Program-made: the position numbers and the translations under genes
In this document: one piece after another, positions 7,971 to 16,045 of the stretch
How the letters are laid out: the number at the start of each line of letters is the position of its first letter
Numbering within the stretch: position 1 is the first letter of the stretch
The notes under the pieces: generated by a model
Told to the model about the DNA's origin: nothing
Database searches by the model: none
Seen by the model: only the letters and a program-made list of their open reading frames with translations
Virus record (IMG/VR): IMGVR_UViG_3300028283_000029
Span: 1-24,829 of that record
Source: a virus
Lineage: Duplodnaviria > Caudoviricetes
Strand: one strand, 5' to 3'
DNA length: 24,829 nt

Positions 7971-8520
7971 CTTCCTGAATGAGTAATTCTGTAATGTCGT
8001 CCGAATATGCCGAAATAGTAAACCGCTGTACATTATCGCCTTTGGTAAAAGGAAAATTGAATGTATCGATCACCAGGTGATTGATGTTAAAAATTTTTGT
8101 CAGATTGCATTCAATGTCTACTGAACCGTTTTCACACAGCTCGCGTAGTTTTTGAAGATCCTGCTCTGGGAATGTGTTGGCATCGTCATAACTCATGAAG
8201 GTCCCTTCAATGGTTATCTGGTAATCATCCTGTGTCCAACGTTCTTTAATCGTGCCCCGGCCTTTTCCTTTGGCTACTGTACGTTTTGCAACCACATTAC
8301 CGCCGTCAACCGTGATCATGGGTTCAACCGGGAAGATCCAGAACTCCTCGTTCTCATCTTTGCGCAACTTCACCGGCATCACCATAGGATATCCTAAGGC
8401 ATTCGAAGGCACAGACTCCTGAGATCCACCCGATGTATTGTCCAGGTAGATGTATTCATCCTTCCCCGTATCCTCGAGGTTGATCCTTACCTTATCAATG
8501 GGGCGTGAAACGGGAATCAT
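7963..8520 (-). CDS. DUF6046-like tail tube initiator protein
   Basis: 185 aa directly after the tape measure gene. Contains EPMITV..RGTIKERW..DDYQITIEG and Q.FTISAYSD. Confidence 0.7.
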   Translation of the reverse strand: MIPVSRPIDKVRINLEDTGKDEYIYLDNTSGGSQESVPSNALGYPMVMPVKLRKDENEEFWIFPVEPMITVDGGNVVAKRTVAKGKGRGTIKERWTQDDYQITIEGTFMSYDDANTFPEQDLQKLRELCENGSVDIECNLTKIFNINHLVIDTFNFPFTKGDNVQRFTISAYSDDITELLIQEDV

Positions 8521-10631
8521 GTGTTTGCCTGTGCTAATGATAATACCCTGGTCAATTCATCGAGGACCATATCCCGCATTTTTTCCGCATTTTCTTTAAA
8601 ACCTCCGGATGACGAATTGAAATTCATGGTCCCTACAAGCTCCTTCAGGTTAATAGTGATATTCGTGCTCTTGGATCCACCCGTAGCCACGGCTTCAGAA
8701 ATTTTTGCTGAAGGGCCTGCAGGAGTAGTTCCCTTTTTCCCACTACCAGTACTGGTCGATCCGGGAAGGGCCGGAGGAGAAATACCTGGTTCGTAAGTTC
8801 CCTGGTCACCGAACGAAAAGCCCTGGTTATCCTGTGCAGCAGCGACAGGGGCAGAGACGCCCACTACATAAACAGGTTTTACTGCGGATGACTGATCTGA
8901 CGTCGCTGCAGCTTTTGCCCGTTCATTAGCCAGGTTAAGTTTATAATCTGTTCCGATTCCTTTCACCAGGTCAGCCGAAGAGGCAACAGCGTTCTTTACG
9001 GCATCATAGCCGCTCAGGTCGATCACGCCCTGTTTGGCACTTTGCCAGGCTCCTTTGAAATCGCCGGTAAACAATTTATAGATTGCCGACCCCATTAAAC
9101 CCAGACCGCTGATGATCCCTTTTACACGATCCAGCACAAAGGTTTTCAAAATGTTTCCGAATCCCTTGATCGTATCCCATACGGTTAAGATCACGGCGCG
9201 GAAACCTTCAAATTTATTCCAGGCAAGAATGATCCCGGCCACCAGAGCACCAATCCCAAGTACGATCCATCCAATGGGAGAAGCCAGAAAGGCGGCGTTC
9301 AATAACCACTGAACAGCCGTCCATGCCACTGTAGCACCCACCACGATCCCACTCCAAAGCACCTGGGCTTTTGTTGCTATCAGCGACTGCCACATGGCTT
9401 TAACCTTTGCCCATAATGAAACAGCCCAAGCATTTTCTGAGATGCAGGCCAGCATATTGACAAGGGTAAGTGCCCCTACAACTCCCTGTATAGCCAATAC
9501 GGCAATTTTAAAGCCGGGAATTGCTCCTTTGACTACATTGAACAGGCTTATGCCAAAGTCTTCGACAGTGGCCTTAATTCGAGCCATTTTTTCAGAAAAG
9601 CTGCCCATTACGATCTGCGCCTGTTCGTTTGCTGATTGGGTGCCTGTAACTGCAGTGGTCAGTCGGCCTATTTCATCCGTGCCACTGATCAGGGCGAGTG
9701 CGGCATTTTGGTTTTCCTTCCCAAATAATTTAGTGATCAGCGCAGCATCATTCATGGCGGGCTTAAGAAGGTTGAGACGATCCCTAAAGCTAAGACTGGT
9801 ATTGCCCAGATTCTGGATATCGATACCTGCTTTGACCAAAGCTTTTTGAGTTTCGGGAGGCAGGAACCGGCCCTCAGATAAAGTGGCCAGAACGTTTCGT
9901 ATTGCGACCCCGCCTTCAGCTCCTTTTTTGCCTGCTTTGTCAAGTACCTGGATCGATGCATTCAGTTCCTCAAATGAAACACCGGCCATTTTTGCGGCCA
10001 TTCCGGAGTTTTCCAATGCGGCTTTGATTGCAGGGAGTTCAGCAGATCCTTCTTTTGCAGCTGCAGCCATGACATTCATCATACTTGACATCACCCCGGC
10101 TGCCTTGGTAGGATCATCCAGGGAAACCTGGAACTGGTTCATGGCCGTGGTAAGTACCTCGGTTGCCGCAATGGTATCCCCGCCCATGGTTTTACTCAGA
10201 ATAGCTACATTATCCCCCATCGCTTTAAGAGCTGCAGGAGTTTTTGCAATGTCTGGGCCCAGCTGTGAAAGTATCAGTTTATACGACTCAACACCGGCGG
10301 CGGCACTGCCTCCGAAAGTCTTTGCGGCTTGCCGGGCGTATCCTTCGATCTCTTTTAACTTATCCCCGGTCACACCGGTTATGGCCGAGAGTTCAGCCAT
10401 ATTCTTGTTCAGATCAACACCCGGCTTGATGGCCGTGTCTATGGCCTGACTAAGATTGTCGATTGCATTCTTGACATTATTAGCAGCAAAAGCGCAATCC
10501 CCGAACTTCTGCAAAGCCGAGCGCAGGGTATTGGTTCCCTTTACTGCCGATGTCGCCGTTTCATTAATTTTAGCAAACGTGGAAGTGACGTTACCAGTAA
10601 CATTGATGGTATATGTTGTGGTATTGCTCAT
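8517..10631 (-). CDS. Tail tape measure protein
   Basis: 704 aa, Ala/Gly-rich and helical, with a TP901-type core (GVSFEELNASIQVL..AGKKGAEGGVAIRN) and a hydrophobic LNAAFLASPIGWIV segment. Confidence 0.93.
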   Translation of the reverse strand: MSNTTTYTINVTGNVTSTFAKINETATSAVKGTNTLRSALQKFGDCAFAANNVKNAIDNLSQAIDTAIKPGVDLNKNMAELSAITGVTGDKLKEIEGYARQAAKTFGGSAAAGVESYKLILSQLGPDIAKTPAALKAMGDNVAILSKTMGGDTIAATEVLTTAMNQFQVSLDDPTKAAGVMSSMMNVMAAAAKEGSAELPAIKAALENSGMAAKMAGVSFEELNASIQVLDKAGKKGAEGGVAIRNVLATLSEGRFLPPETQKALVKAGIDIQNLGNTSLSFRDRLNLLKPAMNDAALITKLFGKENQNAALALISGTDEIGRLTTAVTGTQSANEQAQIVMGSFSEKMARIKATVEDFGISLFNVVKGAIPGFKIAVLAIQGVVGALTLVNMLACISENAWAVSLWAKVKAMWQSLIATKAQVLWSGIVVGATVAWTAVQWLLNAAFLASPIGWIVLGIGALVAGIILAWNKFEGFRAVILTVWDTIKGFGNILKTFVLDRVKGIISGLGLMGSAIYKLFTGDFKGAWQSAKQGVIDLSGYDAVKNAVASSADLVKGIGTDYKLNLANERAKAAATSDQSSAVKPVYVVGVSAPVAAAQDNQGFSFGDQGTYEPGISPPALPGSTSTGSGKKGTTPAGPSAKISEAVATGGSKSTNITINLKELVGTMNFNSSSGGFKENAEKMRDMVLDELTRVLSLAQANT

Positions 10632-10646
10632 TGTTCACTATATTTG
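10615..10646 (+). promoter_or_regulatory. Bacteroidota-type primary sigma promoter
   Basis: -7 box TATATTTG at 10639-10646 matches TAnnTTTG. GTTG at 10615-10618 lies 20 nt upstream (-33-like). ATG at 10662. Confidence 0.6.
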
Positions 10647-10661
10647 CAAAAATCAATCACT

Positions 10662-10850
10662 ATGGAAACGGCTGTTACAGTCCTCTTTTCAATTGTTTTC
10701 GGTATCCCGCTTCTTATCGCTTTCATTGAGTTGGTCCGACTGTTTTTTGTAGGGATTTATGAGATGTGGCGCAAGTTACTTTCCGGTCCTTCTGATACTG
10801 ATGATTCTACTTTCTTAGAAAGATACAGGGAACGTAATCGTATTCATTAG
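10662..10850 (+). CDS. Small single-pass membrane protein (antisense moron)
   Basis: 62 aa from ATG 10662, with a hydrophobic N-terminus (VTVLFSIVFGIPLLIAFI) and charged tail. It fills the gap between the chaperone and tape measure genes and has its own promoter box. Confidence 0.65.
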   Translation: METAVTVLFSIVFGIPLLIAFIELVRLFFVGIYEMWRKLLSGPSDTDDSTFLERYRERNRIH

Positions 10851-11014
10851 TCCCCTGCTTCTTTTTCCCTTTGCCTGATATCCGCCAACTGTTTAAAGGT
10901 CTCTGCCCATTGCTCGTCACTTAATTTGTCCGGGTCGATGTGCAGGTAATACCGCAGCATCGTATTTATATACCCTATCTTATTGTGGGTGATAGAGCCC
11001 TGGGCAGCCTCTAA
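10847..11014 (-). CDS. Tail assembly chaperone C-terminal (GT) extension reached by -1 frameshift
   Basis: The -1 frame is open for 55 codons (LEAAQG..MLRYYLHIDPDKLSDEQWAETFKQLADIRQREKEAGD*) from slippery G GAT TTT at 11020-11014. Not in the ORF track. Confidence 0.8.
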   Translation of the reverse strand, partial: LEAAQGSITHNKIGYINTMLRYYLHIDPDKLSDEQWAETFKQLADIRQREKEAGD

Positions 11015-11322
11015 AAATCCTCTACCTCCACTTCTTTAGTTGTGAGCATGTCCTTCAGAAAGGGTGTGATGGCGAAAAAGAACTGATTGTTGGTCTTGAT
11101 CTCGTCGCTGCCACCCAGCCAGATGGTCTTCAGAAATTGCTCGTTATTTTTAATGGGGTCCTTTGAGGCGCTGGAGTTTGCATAAGAGACTTCAACGCGA
11201 GTGGGATAGCGCAGGTAGGCAGCATGCCCGTCAATGACGAACTTTTTACCTGGACCGTACTTCTTCTTCCACTCCTCGAGCTGTTCCTTGGAAACTTCGC
11301 CGATCAGTTTTTCTTTTGCCAT
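11011..11322 (-). CDS. Tail assembly chaperone (G form)
   Basis: 103 aa between the tube and tape measure genes, ending on a slippery heptamer directly before TAG. Confidence 0.82.
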   Translation of the reverse strand: MAKEKLIGEVSKEQLEEWKKKYGPGKKFVIDGHAAYLRYPTRVEVSYANSSASKDPIKNNEQFLKTIWLGGSDEIKTNNQFFFAITPFLKDMLTTKEVEVEDF

Positions 11323-11338
11323 AATAGAGTCTTAAGAA

Positions 11339-11749
11339 TTAAAGTACCTGGTGCTGTAACCTCAGTGCGATGAACGGCAGAGTGCATTCCATGTTCTTAT
11401 CACCCTGTTTCATTTCCTTGGCACTCTCGGTGAACATGATATGAACCATCCGGTCGGTGATCAGGGTATCGCCATTGGAAGGATTTCCATAGCTGATCAC
11501 TGCATCTGTTATGATGTTCAGGATGGATCCCATGCCTTCGGCAATAAGAAGTTCCAGCTCACTCTGGGTGCAGGTGATCTCACCTTCGTAGTTCACGTTT
11601 CCGCTCTGGATTGAATGAGGATAACGACCCTTGGCATGAAGGGCTTCACGTTCGATTTTCTCGGAGTATTTAATACCCCGGATGCCGGTGATATCACGCT
11701 TGCCTACGACAAGCGTGATATCTGCGAATTCATATTGTCTGCTGTCCAT
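11339..11749 (-). CDS. Tail tube protein
   Basis: 136 aa downstream of the sheath gene. Contains YEFADI..GIRGIKY..GRYPHSIQSGN..YEGEI and KQGDKNME..LPF. Confidence 0.82.
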   Translation of the reverse strand: MDSRQYEFADITLVVGKRDITGIRGIKYSEKIEREALHAKGRYPHSIQSGNVNYEGEITCTQSELELLIAEGMGSILNIITDAVISYGNPSNGDTLITDRMVHIMFTESAKEMKQGDKNMECTLPFIALRLQHQVL

Positions 11750-11768
11750 ATAAGTGAGGATGTTGGAG

Positions 11769-12218
11769 TTACTTTTTCTTGTATAACCAGCCTTTTACCC
11801 TGATGGTGCCAGTGGAATAATGAGACACGGCAAAACGGTAATAAGGCAGGGAGAGGTGAGATGCTATAGTCCATATGTAACCTGCATCAGAGGTTGAAAA
11901 CCTTACGGTTGAGAAGACAGTCGGAGCTGCCGCAGTAAGGGCGACAATATTTGTATATACCGTGGATCCCAAAGTCACCCAGTTTGAATTATCACTCGAT
12001 CCCTGGATCGCTACATAGGTGCTGTCTGAGGAACCTGTCATGTGATCAACAAAGATCTGGAATGATCCGTAGGTGAGTTCAGGAACAACCGAAGCAGCAT
12101 AATACTTAGTCTGATTGTCGGTGAGCGTATCGGTGTAGTTAGCCATAACTACACGCTGGGCATTTGATGATACTGCGAAAAGCAGTGAGATTGCAAATAA
12201 AACAAAGAGTTTTTTCAT
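11769..12218 (-). CDS. Signal-peptide-bearing beta-rich protein
   Basis: Probable start at ATG 12218 (149 aa). MKKLFVLFAISLLFAVSSNA-Q is a classic Sec/SPI signal with an SNA|Q cleavage site, preceded by an A-rich leader. Confidence 0.8.
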   Translation of the reverse strand: MKKLFVLFAISLLFAVSSNAQRVVMANYTDTLTDNQTKYYAASVVPELTYGSFQIFVDHMTGSSDSTYVAIQGSSDNSNWVTLGSTVYTNIVALTAAAPTVFSTVRFSTSDAGYIWTIASHLSLPYYRFAVSHYSTGTIRVKGWLYKKK

Positions 12219-12243
12219 GATTTTTATGGTTTTTAATGGATAC

Positions 12244-13440
12244 TTAAACGGTAATTGCTTTGAAGCCCAGGTACACGTCGATATACCTTGCGTAACCGAA
12301 AGGACGTACACGCACTCTGACGATAACCTTGGACGTGCTAACCACGTTCTGGGTGGCATCGATGAAGCATTCAACGCCCCTGTCTTTGGGGTTGGTCACG
12401 TCTGCAGAGAGTTCACGGTTTGCAGTCATCTGAAGAGCAATGGCATTCTCAACTTTACCCTGCCAGCTCTTAACCTGCGTCACCTGCATGGTGCCATCGG
12501 TATTTACCGGGATCTCGTCAAGGAGTTCCTCCAGGAGGGTGTCATAAGCAATGCGATATGCCTTGTCGATTGTACGACGGGCCGTTAAACTGCGATAATC
12601 GTCGGTCACCAGGGTACACAGCAGGTCATCGCTGAAGAAATAACCACTGCGGCCTACAAAGGTTCTCAGGGTAATGTAACCCTTGTCATGGATGCTTTCA
12701 ACATCGGCATTCTCAACTTTGATATCCTTAATGAAAGCAGTAAGGGATTCAATTGGACCGTCTTTAACGCGGCCAATATTACGTTGTACAGGAATCGAAG
12801 CGATGCGACCGGCCAGCATGCCCATGCAGGCATTGCCTGAGGTGGTCACGGTATCCCCGATCAGGATCCCCACGCGGTTGTCAGAAGCTAAAGTCTGGTC
12901 CGATAATGCAACGGCAGATCCACTGTATGCACGTCCCTCAAGGATAGTAAACAGGGGGGCCATCAGGGTTTCAGTTGCCCATTCACCCAGAGCCTGAGCC
13001 TTGAGCACGGCAGCCTCGACATCCTCATCCAGGCCGTGAGTTACCGTTGGAGTATATTCTGCGGCAGGAGTACGTGAAACAATCAGTCCCCTTAAGCGGC
13101 CATTGGCTGCAAGAACCAGGGATTTTCCATGGGTCAGATCCTTATCCACCATCTGAGCCATCGTTACGGTGTTGGCAAAAGCCATCAGCCATACTTCAGT
13201 ACCATCTCCGGCCATCGCATAGAAGTCGGTGAATAACTTTACGATGTTCGGATTGTTGGCTGTGGTGATACCAAGGGTATCTTCCAGGTCAGCAAACTTG
13301 CGAACAATATAAGCAGTCGACAGGGCAAACTTCTGACTCACGGCCACGCCGGTGCAGAGGATTCCCAAAACGCCATCAGGACTCGGTATTACCGATCCAA
13401 GTGCGCCATTTTCAAACAATATTTTAACTCTTGGAAGCAT
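12244..13440 (-). CDS. Tail sheath protein (DUF2586-like)
   Basis: 398 aa starting MLPRVKI.F.NG.LG. Contains GRIASIPVQRNIGRVKDG, KGYITLRTFVGRSGYFF, R.IDKAYR and VRPFGYARYI.V.LGF. Confidence 0.88.
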   Translation of the reverse strand: MLPRVKILFENGALGSVIPSPDGVLGILCTGVAVSQKFALSTAYIVRKFADLEDTLGITTANNPNIVKLFTDFYAMAGDGTEVWLMAFANTVTMAQMVDKDLTHGKSLVLAANGRLRGLIVSRTPAAEYTPTVTHGLDEDVEAAVLKAQALGEWATETLMAPLFTILEGRAYSGSAVALSDQTLASDNRVGILIGDTVTTSGNACMGMLAGRIASIPVQRNIGRVKDGPIESLTAFIKDIKVENADVESIHDKGYITLRTFVGRSGYFFSDDLLCTLVTDDYRSLTARRTIDKAYRIAYDTLLEELLDEIPVNTDGTMQVTQVKSWQGKVENAIALQMTANRELSADVTNPKDRGVECFIDATQNVVSTSKVIVRVRVRPFGYARYIDVYLGFKAITV

Positions 13441-13441
13441 A

Positions 13442-13648
13442 TTAAATCTCCTCGCGTTTTATGGTTACTATGGTATCACTCTGCAGACTTTCTGCATGGA
13501 TGCGGGCAAACTGAGGTTCCAAAAATGCGGTCCCGTCAGAGGTGAAATACAGAATGTCGACCGAATGAGATGCAAAGACCTCTGCAGCACGCTGTTTCAT
13601 AGATTCAGGATTTGTCGCCTGAATAAGGGGTTTCTTTTTTGTTGCCAT
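13442..13648 (-). CDS. Hypothetical protein
   Basis: 68 aa fitting between holin and sheath genes, with a YFTSDGTAF motif. Confidence 0.65.
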   Translation of the reverse strand: MATKKKPLIQATNPESMKQRAAEVFASHSVDILYFTSDGTAFLEPQFARIHAESLQSDTIVTIKREEI

Positions 13649-13659
13649 TTCTGTTTTGT

Positions 13660-14124
13660 TTACGATTTATCTTTCTTGGATCCCATACCGTATTTTCCCA
13701 TCGTTTCAACGATCTTTTCAATACCACGGGAGCCGAAATAAAAGCTCATGATCAACATCCCCCACTGGCCGAGCAGCTCCACGTAGGCTGAATTAATTTT
13801 AAACGTGGGAACAACCACGCCATTGATAATTTCACGGCCCATGTTGCCGTCAATAAGGCTTAACAGGGAATACATTACCAGGATAAACACCAGGACCAGG
13901 GGACGGATATTCTTGGCCAGCCATGAATCGCTGTTCATATCAACCTTCAGCCGCTGGGTCAATTCATCCTGTGCCTGGGATTCTGCCTGAAGCAAAATCT
14001 GTGTGAGTTCTTTCTTTGCAGCTTCTCTCTCGGCATCGGTGGTAACGAACTTATCGATGATCCCGCCAACCTGGCCAATCAAACCACCTCCAAGAAGACT
14101 GAGTATTTGTTCTACAATTGGCAT
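13660..14124 (-). CDS. 3TM-type holin
   Basis: Contains IIDKFVTTD.E, DMNSDSWLAKNIRP, hydrophobic helices and FYFGSRGIEK. Adjacent to the endolysin. Confidence 0.82.
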   Translation of the reverse strand: MPIVEQILSLLGGGLIGQVGGIIDKFVTTDAEREAAKKELTQILLQAESQAQDELTQRLKVDMNSDSWLAKNIRPLVLVFILVMYSLLSLIDGNMGREIINGVVVPTFKINSAYVELLGQWGMLIMSFYFGSRGIEKIVETMGKYGMGSKKDKS

Positions 14125-14654
14125 GATGCGTTGTATGTATGTTTAACACGGTTATTCCAGCCGTCAAGAAATTTTGCAAACTTAGGTTTTGACTCTACCA
14201 GGTCTTCGTAGAACAGATACCGTGATTGCATATATCGAAGTGCGATATTGTCTTTAAAAGTGTTGGCAGCAGCTATTGTCTTTGGCCCGATAATTCCATC
14301 TTGCTTGCACCCGGCAGTACGTTGCAACAGAATTACTGCAGAACGGGTACCTGCATTAACTCCGTGATCAAGTACCTGAAGGGACAACTTAATGTCAGAT
14401 AAAGCCTCCAGCCGCATCGGAGTATAGAATCGCTCAAAATAAATCTCCCTGGCCATCTCACTGGTCAAACCCCTGATGTCATCGATATCGATATCCCCGT
14501 CATGATCCAGATCGTAGCGATGCTCCCCAACCGTTTTGAGAAATCTCAAAGAGACGCCGAGTTTTGTTGCGCCTCCCGGATCAGCGGGATCATTAACGAA
14601 GCCCCCCTCATTTCTAAGGATAATTTCAATAATCCGGTTAAATAGATCAGTCAT
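14112..14654 (-). CDS. Endolysin, glycoside hydrolase family 108 with peptidoglycan-binding domain
   Basis: Contains EGGFVNDPADPGGATKLGV, D.GVNAG, LQR..G...DGIIGPKT and F..GW.NRV. Confidence 0.93.
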   Translation of the reverse strand: MTDLFNRIIEIILRNEGGFVNDPADPGGATKLGVSLRFLKTVGEHRYDLDHDGDIDIDDIRGLTSEMAREIYFERFYTPMRLEALSDIKLSLQVLDHGVNAGTRSAVILLQRTAGCKQDGIIGPKTIAAANTFKDNIALRYMQSRYLFYEDLVESKPKFAKFLDGWNNRVKHTYNASCQL

Positions 14655-14920
14655 TATTCAGTACAAAATTTGCAAGCATCCTGATTTCTTTCAACATCCC
14701 TGAGTCTTCCGTCATGTTTACTAATTCGCTTTTCATGTGTTTCAACCTTGCTTTCAACAAGTTCTAACTTACCGTCGTGGATGATTCCCTTTTCACTGAT
14801 ACTCTTAAGATTCACGTTCATCTCCTTGATTTCAGATAACACTCTTGTTAAAAAGTACCAGATTACTGCGAGTGCTGCTGCTATGATTGCCCGGTAAAGC
14901 CATGTTTCGAATTCCATCAT
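14654..14920 (-). CDS. Small membrane protein with coiled coil (holin/lysis accessory candidate)
   Basis: 88 aa with one N-terminal transmembrane segment and a coiled-coil tail. Translationally coupled to the endolysin. Confidence 0.65.
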   Translation of the reverse strand: MMEFETWLYRAIIAAALAVIWYFLTRVLSEIKEMNVNLKSISEKGIIHDGKLELVESKVETHEKRISKHDGRLRDVERNQDACKFCTE

Positions 14921-15001
14921 CGACCTTGAGTTTTGAAAGGCAGCCTACTCCCTAAGCGTATTAGGTTTCGGCTTCCCTTCGTTCCTACCCTATGAGAAAT
15001 G

Positions 15002-16027
15002 TTAAGCAGTTGCGTCTGCGGAATAGATCGCGGCAATGGCAGTAGCACGCAATGGAAGTGCGCAGTAGCGCATCTGGAAGTTGATCACGTCGCCCTTGTT
15101 ATCAGGATCGGCATATTTTGCGAACATTTCAATCGTCCCCATGGCCTTCATGACTTCATCCTTATGGAAGGCGAACGATGAAATAGTATCCGTTGCTGCG
15201 GCAGCGGCTGCATAAGCAGCTTTTGCACCGGTATTGATATTGAACACCGGAGTGGCAGAGGTACGGAATAATTTGAATCCAAACAGGGTGCCATTGACCA
15301 TGGCAGCCTTATAAAGGTTGAGGTCGGCTTCGATCAGATGGCTTTCATGGGTCGGGTTAAGAACCAGGATACGGCCATCTGCCGGAAAATCCAACAGATT
15401 AAACTTGGTCATCAGATCAAGTACATCTTTAAAGGTCAGCTTTTTCTTTCCTGATGCATCAGCAGCTCCGCTCGAGGCGAGAACCGGGGTGAGTGCAGAA
15501 TCAGATGACGGGCACCAGTTCCATGCAGCCAGTTTACAAGCGGTTTTCAAAAGTTCCTGCTTGTGGCCGTAAATGACCGAGGCCATTTTATCATATGCAA
15601 GTTCCATAGCTTCCACGTTGCGAACCACGGTCGAAGTTGTATCCAGGGTTTTCAATGCGAGTTCCTTAGGTACGTCGGTGCGGGATGCAACAGCAATGGG
15701 ATATGAAGTATTATCGATAAGCACTGAAGGATTGGCCCCTACTTCGGCCAGGTTGATCTTGTTATATTCAACCATTGCGCTCATATCCCTTGCCTGGGAA
15801 ATAAATGAATTCTCGGGGTAAAACTTTTCAAGCAGGATATCGGTCCAGATTTCTTTCTGAAGTCCTGCCATCAGGATCCCGCTGCCCAGGGGGGCAAAGG
15901 AAAGAAGGGTACCACAACCCACTGCAGCAGCCATTGAAAGCACCGGCGGGATGGAAAACAGTGCGCCGATGACCAGCGCGACAACCACGTTAAAAAACAG
16001 GTTAAAGATGTTTAATCGCTTTTTCAT
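15002..16027 (-). CDS. Major capsid protein
   Basis: 341 aa following the protease/scaffold gene. Contains KEIWTD.LLE.F, ELAYDK..S....H and P.DGRILVL.P.H..L. Confidence 0.8.
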   Translation of the reverse strand: MKKRLNIFNLFFNVVVALVIGALFSIPPVLSMAAAVGCGTLLSFAPLGSGILMAGLQKEIWTDILLEKFYPENSFISQARDMSAMVEYNKINLAEVGANPSVLIDNTSYPIAVASRTDVPKELALKTLDTTSTVVRNVEAMELAYDKMASVIYGHKQELLKTACKLAAWNWCPSSDSALTPVLASSGAADASGKKKLTFKDVLDLMTKFNLLDFPADGRILVLNPTHESHLIEADLNLYKAAMVNGTLFGFKLFRTSATPVFNINTGAKAAYAAAAAATDTISSFAFHKDEVMKAMGTIEMFAKYADPDNKGDVINFQMRYCALPLRATAIAAIYSADATA

Positions 16028-16045
16028 TTGTATTTAAGTTTGAGG

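Noticed and set aside
7971-8033. Longer ORF-track starts for 7005..8033 (also 4519..5421, 18996..19319 and 22491..22709)
   Set aside because: Internal ATGs at 7970, 5409, 19092 and 22679 fit stop/start coupling or promoter position better.
8521-10752. Long plus-strand ORFs opposite the tape measure gene (e.g. 9883..10449); similarly 18311..18982 opposite terL
   Set aside because: These are typical antisense open frames caused by codon bias of well-supported genes.
12219-12374. N-terminal extension of the 201-aa ORF 11769..12374
   Set aside because: It overlaps the sheath gene in another frame. ATG 12218 gives a clean signal peptide and leader.
3240-13440. Extracellular contractile injection system, tailocin or T6SS
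   Set aside because: Capsid, protease, terminase and portal genes are present, so this is a DNA-packaging phage.
13442-14920. Spanin (Rz/Rz1) genes in the lysis cassette
   Set aside because: No lipobox-containing ORF was recognised here. Spanins may lie outside the window.
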